From NCBI RefSeq assembly GCF_988242995.1, contig NZ_OZ547043.1: a stretch of DNA of 64,000 nucleotides; one strand, given 5' to 3'. Position numbers and translations under genes: made by a program. Below the pieces are notes generated by a model, which was not told where the DNA came from, ran no database searches, and saw only the letters and a list, made by a program, of their open reading frames with translations. This document shows, in pieces, positions 52,323 to 60,500 of the stretch. The number at the start of each line of letters is the position of its first letter. The stretch's first letter is position 1.

Positions 52323-53270
52323 TTACACCATCGGTTTTTCCCAGGCGCCTCGTGTATCCACTCTGGTCTCTGCGGCGAGTTGTTCCAGCAGGATGATTTC
52401 CTCATCGCGTAACTGGATGTCTGAAGCGCAGGCGGCGTCCAGAACGTGATGGACTTTAGTCGCACCAACGAGGGGAAGGGTACCTTTCACAATAGCCCAT
52501 GCGATGGATATCTGTGCCACGCTGGCATTCCTTTCGGCTCCCATTTTTTTCATGGCGGCGGTTAGTCTTTCTATCTGCGGCAGTACGGCGTTATAACTTT
52601 CGGCCCGGCCACTCCCGGCAGGCATGGGATGATTTGAATCATAACGACCACTGAGCGCGCCTTGCTCCAGGACCATGTAAGCAAAGAACGTGATGTTATT
52701 TTGTCGGCAATAATCAAGGATCCCGGCCTCTTCAGAAGCGCGATAGAGCAGGCTGTAGTGATTTTGTACTGCACTGAGGGAATAACCGGAAGCGTTAAGG
52801 ATTTCATTGGCGCGTCTGATTTGTGCCAGATTGTGGTTGGAAACACCTACGCGTTTTACCTTACCGCTTTGTAAAAGTGGGATCAGTCCTGGCGTCCATT
52901 TTTCGACGTCGAGGGGATTATGGATCCAGTAGATATCAATCGCGTCCACGCCCAGGCGCCCAAGGCTGGCCTCAAGCATATCGCTGACAGGCTGCGCAGA
53001 CTGCTTGTCCGCAATCTGCGGCGTGAATTTGGTGGATAAAATTATGTTCTCGCGGGGAAACTGACGGACTAATGCTCCCAGCGCAGTCTCGGAACTCCCC
53101 ATACCATATACTGCTGCGGTATCCCAGAGATTGAGGCCCTTACTCATGGCCGCAGTGAACACTTCTGCCATCTGAGTATCAGAAAGATGATTACCAAAGA
53201 CGGTGTCGCCGCCGGCAAAGCCTGTGCCCCAGGACCATGTACCTAGTGCGACTGGAGGTAGTGTTTTCAT
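52323..53270 (-). CDS. Aldo/keto reductase
   Basis: 315 aa; AKR motifs (LWDTAAVYG, IDIYWIHNP). Confidence 0.8.
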   Translation of the reverse strand: MKTLPPVALGTWSWGTGFAGGDTVFGNHLSDTQMAEVFTAAMSKGLNLWDTAAVYGMGSSETALGALVRQFPRENIILSTKFTPQIADKQSAQPVSDMLEASLGRLGVDAIDIYWIHNPLDVEKWTPGLIPLLQSGKVKRVGVSNHNLAQIRRANEILNASGYSLSAVQNHYSLLYRASEEAGILDYCRQNNITFFAYMVLEQGALSGRYDSNHPMPAGSGRAESYNAVLPQIERLTAAMKKMGAERNASVAQISIAWAIVKGTLPLVGATKVHHVLDAACASDIQLRDEEIILLEQLAAETRVDTRGAWEKPMV

Positions 53271-53343
53271 ATTCAGCTCCTGAAAAAAGGCCGGATCGTG
53301 GCTGACTTAAACCGGCCAAGTAAGGTGAGTAACGATGAATTAA

Positions 53344-54033
53344 TTAAGCTGTCCGGCGGAGTGCATTTAACAGCGCCACACCAACCCCATGTGCTGAAGC
53401 GGGATTCTGCCCCGTGATAAGGCGATCGTCGGTAACCACGTTTTCAGACCAGTTTGGAGCTTCATGATAAAGCGCACCATGCTCGCGAAGTGCGGTTTCA
53501 AGCAGGAAGGGAACCACATCTGTTGTGTGAACTTCTTCCTCTTCCTTGTTGGTAAAGGCCGCCACATTTTTCCCTTTTATCAGGTATTCGCCGCTACTGA
53601 GTTTTGCGTCAACCAATGCCGCAGGCCCGTGGCAGACGGCTGAGACAATCCCATCACTTTCATACACTTCGCGGATAATACGCTGGGCATCCTGATTATC
53701 ACGGAAATCCCACATGGTCCCATGACCACCTGCAAAGAAAACTGCGCTGTAATCGGCACCTTTCAGCTCGGATAACGCAGGTGTTGTTGCCAGGCGCTGC
53801 TGAAAATCGGTTTCGTTCCAGTACCAGGCGTTAACAGGGTCGCTGAGGTCAAATCCATCCACCGGTGGCTGCCCCCCGCGAATACTGGCTATTGTTGTTT
53901 TTATTCCGGCATCTTCCAGTACTTTCAGCGGATGAGTCAGCTCGGCCAGGAAAAAACCGGTTGGTACACCGGATGCGCCTTTAATCGGATGGCTGGAAAC
54001 GACACATAGCACTGGTTTATATGCAGGTTTCAT
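53344..54033 (-). CDS. DJ-1/PfpI (class I glutamine amidotransferase-like) family protein
   Basis: Roughly 229 aa; nucleophile-elbow-like AVCHGP; start uncertain (track ORF extends to 54045). Confidence 0.75.
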   Translation of the reverse strand: MKPAYKPVLCVVSSHPIKGASGVPTGFFLAELTHPLKVLEDAGIKTTIASIRGGQPPVDGFDLSDPVNAWYWNETDFQQRLATTPALSELKGADYSAVFFAGGHGTMWDFRDNQDAQRIIREVYESDGIVSAVCHGPAALVDAKLSSGEYLIKGKNVAAFTNKEEEEVHTTDVVPFLLETALREHGALYHEAPNWSENVVTDDRLITGQNPASAHGVGVALLNALRRTA

Positions 54034-54041
54034 ATCGGTCC

Positions 54042-54353
54042 TCACTCTTTATTTTTAAATTCATCGGCGAAGAGATTTTCCCAGTTAATAAAGGAGCCAA
54101 GCGGTATACACTCGAAGCTTAGTAAGCCTGCTTTTGCCAACGGGAATTCGGCCATAACGTTCATCGCTTCATCGACAGAGTCACATTCAAGAAAAATAGC
54201 GACGCCAGGTCTGTCCTGACGGAAGTAGATGTCGCGGATGAAGCCTGATTTATACAATCCCCAGGCGTGCAGCGCTTCAGCGTTGAGGTGCGGAGCATAT
54301 TTCTCCAGCGATGCTCCAGGGGCAGGGATATCCAGACATAAAATTCGCATCAT
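54042..54353 (-). CDS. Small alpha+beta-barrel protein, possibly muconolactone-isomerase-like
   Basis: 103-aa ORF first in the operon; weak pattern similarity to muconolactone isomerase and other dimeric alpha/beta-barrel proteins; assignment tentative. Confidence 0.45.
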   Translation of the reverse strand: MMRILCLDIPAPGASLEKYAPHLNAEALHAWGLYKSGFIRDIYFRQDRPGVAIFLECDSVDEAMNVMAEFPLAKAGLLSFECIPLGSFINWENLFADEFKNKE

Positions 54354-54489
54354 AGTCTCCTGAACTCAGGTCGTTGTAGAAAGAGACTAAAGTATAAGAG
54401 GCGTATTTCAGGAAGATTAGAGGGTCATTGACTTAAGCATTTTTAGACTGTACTTAATAATCAGGCGAGAATTGCTTTAGGAAAACATT

Positions 54490-55389
54490 ATGAATAACGC
54501 TCTTTATAACCAGATTCGCATCTTCCAGAGCATTGCGCGGGAGGGCAATATTTCGGCAGCCGCAAGGAAACTGGAAATTACGCCTCCCTCCGTCAGCAAT
54601 GCACTAAAGCTGCTGGAAGAGTATATCGGCCATCCGCTTTTTGTGCGTACGACCCGCCGTATAGAGCTGACGGAAACCGGTCAATTATTGCTGGAACAGA
54701 CCGCTGCGGCGGTGGAGTCGCTGGAAAACTCACTTGAAAGCATTCGCGACCAGCATCAGGAGCCCTCTGGGATGGTGCGAATTACGCTCTCGCGTTTTGC
54801 CTACCTGTTAATTCTTAAGCCTGCGATGGCAGAATTCTGTCAGCAATATCCGGGTATACAGTTAGAAATTTCGGTCTACGACGGTACCGTGAATATCATC
54901 AAAGAGCGTTTTGATCTGGGGATCCGTTTTGGCGATATTCTTGAGGGAGGGGTGGTGGCCCGACCGTTAATGAAACCGTTTCGTGAAGGATTATATGCAT
55001 CCTCAGCGTATCTCTCCCGACATGGAACGCCTGAAGTGCCGGCAGATCTCTGTCATCACCAGCTGATTGGTTACCGTTTTATCACCAACAACCGCATCCT
55101 TCCGCTGCTCCTGAACGATCGCGGTGAGCAGTTGACCGTTGAGATGCCGGGGCAGTTAATCAGCAACGATATTGACGTTATGGCAGACGGGATCCGTAAC
55201 GGGCTGGGAATTGGGCGCTTGTTTGAGCCTGTCTGGCAGTTACAGCCGGACAGGGAGCGCTTTATTCCGGTGATGGAGAGCTACTGGAAAACCTACCCGC
55301 CAGTGTATCTCTATTACCCCAAAAACGCGGGTAAAACGAAAAGAGTGAAGGCCCTGATTGATTTTCTGATATCCACTACGGGGCGATAA
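54490..55389 (+). CDS. LysR-family transcriptional regulator
   Basis: 299 aa; N-terminal HTH (ISAAARKLEITPPSVSNALKLLEE) and LysR substrate-binding domain; divergent from the redox operon. Confidence 0.85.
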   Translation: MNNALYNQIRIFQSIAREGNISAAARKLEITPPSVSNALKLLEEYIGHPLFVRTTRRIELTETGQLLLEQTAAAVESLENSLESIRDQHQEPSGMVRITLSRFAYLLILKPAMAEFCQQYPGIQLEISVYDGTVNIIKERFDLGIRFGDILEGGVVARPLMKPFREGLYASSAYLSRHGTPEVPADLCHHQLIGYRFITNNRILPLLLNDRGEQLTVEMPGQLISNDIDVMADGIRNGLGIGRLFEPVWQLQPDRERFIPVMESYWKTYPPVYLYYPKNAGKTKRVKALIDFLISTTGR

Positions 55390-55787
55390 AGACGATAACG
55401 CCTCGTTCAGTATGGAGATGCATCGAATGGCATTGTGAGTTTTTTTTCACAGATGGGCGTAATCGTCAGTGGATTTTACATACGAGGATAGCGCCCACAT
55501 ACTGACATCATTAATTAACGTTGGGTGAGGTTTACCGGGGGGGAGGGGAACGCGAACCAGGAGATGGAGGTGGCCAATCTGGTACGAACCGCCGCGTAGC
55601 TTGCACGGCAAGAGCTGCTGACTGATTCATCAGTTAAGCTACTGAAAGAGCGGAACACATGAACTTAAGAACAAACCACCACATTTAACATAATATACAT
55701 TATGCGCACCAGCATAAACCAAGGAAGAATCCAGTCGTTGGCGGCCATAATTGTCCTGCTCATTAACAACGACCAAAACCCCATATC

Positions 55788-57110
55788 TTACTTAATACCG
55801 TATTCTCGGCTTAACCGGCCGTGCAACCTCAACACATTGGTTTCAACTGCCGTCACCACGTTCTCCGGAAAATCTGTCGGTAACGAAGTCTTCACGTTAT
55901 CCAGTGCTGCCGGAATCATTCTGGCAAAGTAATTCAGGATTTCATGCATCTGCACTTCCGGGAATCTCAGCACCTTTGCTGTCGCCAGAAAATGTCGCGG
56001 ATAAATTTTATCGATTGCCGTTTTTTTGCCTTTGGATGCGTTAAGCCCCATTGCCAGTTTGAGATCGCTGATGTGTATTCCTGCGCCACCCAATACCGGA
56101 AATGCTGAAATGATGTCGTAAAATGGCGTGAGTCGATAACTGCCGCCAGCCTGAATAAATACGGAGAAGTTTTTTGCATGGCCATCCGTTGCGCCAATCA
56201 ACCACTGGAACACCTGAAACTTCATAAAATCATAGCGATCTTTCAGCGCCTCGCTGGACCCCATCAAAAAAGCCATGATCCGCGCGATGCCTGGGCCTCC
56301 ATCTGATTCATATTTCACCGATGAAGGTAAACCGAATGTCTGACACATATCCTCCTGTGGCAAGCGAAGTAAAACCGTTCGCTCAGCATTCCAACGCCTG
56401 TCAAAACGTTCGACCGCTAACGCGCGCACATTTCCCGCTTTAATGATTTCTGCGTCCGGCACATTCAACCCAAGTTCTTTCGCCAGCAGCAGACAGTAAT
56501 ACTCATTATCAACGCTTTGGCTGAGATCGAGCGTCGCATTGGGCTGCCTGATTTCGCCAATCGGTAATTTAATGATGTGCGTCGTCGGCGTTATTCCTTT
56601 CGGAATGCACCAGTCATTGCCTATTCTGAGCAGCGCTGTCTTCTCCTGCGCGCCAGCAACCGAGATGCGAAAGTCATTTTCTTCTCTAATCATGCCCAGA
56701 GGGATATCTGCTTTATAAGCCGTTAATACTTCTTCAAGCCTGGCTTCAGTGAGCTGTTCCCATGCCATTATCGGGCGCGTTATGGTTTCATTTTCGGGTA
56801 ATAACGTTACGGCACCAACGCTATCTCGCCCTATTTCTGACAATAAATCAAACGGTTGTCTGGATTTAGCATGATAACGTTTAACGATCCGGTCACGTAC
56901 AATCGGGCTATCGGGTAGCAGGTTATCGAAGAAGTTAAATACAGCATCAGAGGTGATATTCCCCCTCTGCAATGGCAGCGAAAGTGATAACGGTCTGGCA
57001 TAACGGTTGGCTAACCACTCCGGTGCATACTTAAAGGTGTGCGCGCCATTGGCTAACTTCGTTAACTCGCCTACCCGCTGGTTGTTCATCCAAGTGACAA
57101 GTTTAGGCAT
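55788..57110 (-). CDS. hipA: Serine/threonine kinase toxin HipA
   Basis: Track ORF 55788-57167 with start MPKLVTWMNNQRVGELTKLANGAHTFKYAPEWLA (440 aa); start overlaps the hipB stop by 1 nt. Confidence 0.93.
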   Translation of the reverse strand: MPKLVTWMNNQRVGELTKLANGAHTFKYAPEWLANRYARPLSLSLPLQRGNITSDAVFNFFDNLLPDSPIVRDRIVKRYHAKSRQPFDLLSEIGRDSVGAVTLLPENETITRPIMAWEQLTEARLEEVLTAYKADIPLGMIREENDFRISVAGAQEKTALLRIGNDWCIPKGITPTTHIIKLPIGEIRQPNATLDLSQSVDNEYYCLLLAKELGLNVPDAEIIKAGNVRALAVERFDRRWNAERTVLLRLPQEDMCQTFGLPSSVKYESDGGPGIARIMAFLMGSSEALKDRYDFMKFQVFQWLIGATDGHAKNFSVFIQAGGSYRLTPFYDIISAFPVLGGAGIHISDLKLAMGLNASKGKKTAIDKIYPRHFLATAKVLRFPEVQMHEILNYFARMIPAALDNVKTSLPTDFPENVVTAVETNVLRLHGRLSREYGIK

Positions 57111-57376
57111 TACCACTCCAGATCTTGCTGTTCTGTTGATTCTGGCGAGGCATTTTTCGTGTCGCATAGCGTCATTGAGAGTTCAAGCGACTGTAAAATC
57201 TTAAAAAATGTCGTCAGCGTGGTATTGTCAGGGTTGTTTTCGAAATTGGAAATTGTCGCCTGCTTAATGCCGATTTTTTTCGCCAGCTCGCTCTGCGTCC
57301 AGCCATTTTGCTGACGAACCAGTTTCATTGCATTCGCTAATTGCGTTGGGCTATAGATCTTCTGAAAGCTCATCAT
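57110..57376 (-). CDS. hipB: HipB antitoxin (Xre-type HTH repressor)
   Basis: Track ORF 57110-57394 with start MMSFQKIYSPTQLANAMKLVRQQNGWTQSELAKKIG (88 aa). Confidence 0.93.
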   Translation of the reverse strand: MMSFQKIYSPTQLANAMKLVRQQNGWTQSELAKKIGIKQATISNFENNPDNTTLTTFFKILQSLELSMTLCDTKNASPESTEQQDLEW

Positions 57377-57397
57377 GTCATACGTCCACAGCAAATT

Positions 57398-57511
57398 TAT
57401 CCGCTCAAGGGGATATTATCAGTTTTATCCTTTAGTGAGGATAAAGTCAATCTGGAAACACATCTTATCCGCTCTACGGGATAAACGCTGCGATATCCGC
57501 GATCGCGGATA
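57398..57511 (-). promoter_or_regulatory. hipBA promoter/operator region with four HipB operators (TATCC-N8-GGATA)
   Basis: Four copies of TATCC-N8-GGATA at 57398-57415, 57426-57443, 57466-57483 and 57494-57511, all upstream of the hipB ATG. Confidence 0.85.
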
Positions 57512-57586
57512 AAAAGGAGGATTTAAAAGTCGTTTGAAGTCGGCAATATTAAGCCGCATGCATCTTCGACATGCGGCTTATACGGT

Positions 57587-60500
57587 TTACCAGCTATATT
57601 TCACACCCAGCATGCCCTGAGTATCGCTATAGCCTTTATCACCTAGTTGCACACCGACATTCCCCCACAGGCTAAGGTTGTTATTTACTTTCGCCTCAAC
57701 CCCGGTACGTACTTCACCGAGATTACGCGCACCATCACGGCTTACGGTTTGACCATTCATCTTCACGGCGTAGACTTTGCTGTTGTTGATCCAGTTCGCT
57801 TCAATGTAAGGCTGGAACTCACGCTGTTTACCATTGTCACGCTGGTGATGACTGTTCAGGTAGGTTTTCACCCCAAGTCGCGTTTGCACGTTTCCGTCGC
57901 CTTCCGTTTCAATGCGTGTTCCGTCTTTCCGGGTATGGTCAGAATCTTTCACACCCATCCAGGTGATTTGTACCTGTGGCTGGACGTACCAGGTATTCAG
58001 CGTCCCTTCGCTGCCGCTAAAAGTTCCCGCTTCAAAGGTATACCCACCCTCAACAGAGGCCGTCACACCGCGAGAATCATAGTCGTCAGCAGAACGGTTA
58101 TCGGAACTGACGCTGTTATCAAACCAGTTATACAGCGCCCAGCTGTCAACATAAGCGCCGGTCTTATTCGCATCGTTCTGATACCAGGTCGCGTACAGTC
58201 CTGCGCTGTAACCGCTGATGCGCCCATCCGATTTATAACCCACACGATTACTCTGAGTATTACTGTGCTGATTGGCGTAGCCTGCCATCACGCCAAGATG
58301 CCAGCGATCCTGCGCGTTGCTACTCCACTGCGCCAAATCGCCTCCTAGCTGCAATACATAGCGGTTAGCCTGAGTATTTAGCTGCCCGTCACCGGTCCTG
58401 AAACGTTCGTGCCCCCCGACATGACGCATCCACATACTGCTTGCCGAACCCTGAGAATGCAGTGAATCTGTATACTGCGGCTCACCCAGACGGTCGTGTA
58501 AGCGATGGCTAAACAGCGAGTTGGCTGCGGCAATGTTGCTGATATAGCTTCCGGCCTCCGGGCGATAAACTGATGGGCCTTCCGGATCCACAACAGGGGG
58601 ATTATTGATGGGATCGGGTGTATCCGCTGGCGTTACGCCGTCCCATTTACTGGTCAGATACCAGTTTTTCTCGTCATTCCCCTTCCCTTTAGCCAGCGTG
58701 TAGACGTAAGCCCCAGCTTCGACAGTTCCGGTGGTCAGCGCGAAGTTACCTGCAGAATTACCGCCAACCTCAATGAGTTCAATACCGTTGACCGTTTGTG
58801 CACCGACGCCGCCAATGTTATCAACCCGAACGCGAGTGTTCCCTTGGGTATCGCCTTTCACGTTCATTTTATCCGTGGGTGAATTATCGCCGCCCAGCGT
58901 CGCGTTGAACGTCATCAGGCCATTGTTTCCGGTATAGTTGCCGTTAACGGTCAGTACATTCCCCGGTTTTCCTCCTTCACTATTCATTTGAACCGTGCCG
59001 CCATTCTCCAGGTTACCGCCGACAGTGGTTTTAGCGACACGCAGTGTCCCCCCTGGCATAACGTTCACATCACCTGCAGTAGTGACATTTCCCGACATCA
59101 CACCGCTGTTATGGATATTAATGTGCTGACTTGCCATATTAATGGCAGAGTCGGAACCGAAAGCAATTTCACCACCCACGATATCCGTCGTACCCTGATA
59201 CGCCGCGGAATCTTTGTTAAGAGTCAGGATCCCGGTCCCCAGTTTTGTCACATCACCGCTACCGCTGATACTGTGCGTCATCGCCCAGCTACGCTCAGTG
59301 GAGATGGTGAGCAGGCCATTATTGATAACGGAAGCATCACCCAGGTTTTTCTGCTCGTTGACGCTGAGCGCGCTGCCTGTATCAATGTTGAATTGCCCCA
59401 CAAAGCGGCTATTATCGCCATCCAGCTCTACGTCTGTCCTGGCGGTTGCGCTCACGATACCCTTCCCGCTTATGCTATTACGCAGTTCGCCGGTCACATT
59501 TTTTAGCGTTAACAGACCGTCATTGGCAATATTTCCTCTACCTAACCCCTGCGTATTATCGAGGCTGACTTCCGCATTTGGGCTAATGCTGGTTAACGCA
59601 TTGTAGCGTGCATTAAGCCCCTCGATAGCCAGCGTTCCCCCTGTAACATTCAGGTTTCCGCCACCTGTCAGTTCGCCCTGACTGATCCCACCTTTATTCA
59701 CCGTCAGCGACCCCTCTTTAAACAAAACAGTCGAACCCATCAGCCCGGTGAATGTCTCTACCGTCTGGGCCGATCCATTAAGATCGACGATGGCCGCGTT
59801 GCTGATGTTCAGTTCCCGAGTATTGCCCAGCGCGCCATCCGCATCGGTACGTAATGTCCCCATCTGAACGTAGGTTGCCCCCTGATAGTCGTTCTGACCG
59901 TTGGAAAGCGAAACCTGTCGCACCGTATTGATTGCCAGATCCCCTTCACCACCGATTTTTGCCGACATATCGGCCGTTGCGCCATAGGCTCCGCCATGTT
60001 CGGCTAACGTCAGCTTTTGCCCACCATGGATGTTCAGCGCTTTCAGCCCATAGTTAACGTACAAACCATCACCTGGTGCGGTCGTGAGGCGGAATCCATA
60101 ATCACCCTCGGCGACCACTGTCCCGTTTTGTGCAATATGTAACGTTTTGTCCGCTTCCACCTCGTCGCCCTGTAAATCACGTAACGTTAATGAGCCACCC
60201 GACCCAATAACCGTTTGCGCCTTCACCAGTTGAACGCCGACATGACTATCATCGTGTTCCAGCAAATTGAGCGTCGTCAGAGGGTTATTCGCCATGGGAT
60301 CATTCCACGGTTTAGGCACGTCGATAAGCACGTCGCCCGTCCCGTTTACCTGATAGTTACGGCCTTTCCAGGTGTAGTCACCCGCGCCGACAACCAGCGT
60401 ATCGACGCTGATATATCCCTCCGCGAGCGTCGCAGCAGGAATATCCGTATCGAAAATGAGCGTACCGCCATTCATGGCCAGTCCACCAATGGATTGCTCT

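Noticed and set aside
57398-57511. Four regularly spaced repeats as a possible mini CRISPR array
   Set aside because: The units are 18-bp palindromic TATCC-N8-GGATA operators with unequal spacing, upstream of hipB; no cas genes and no repeat-spacer architecture.
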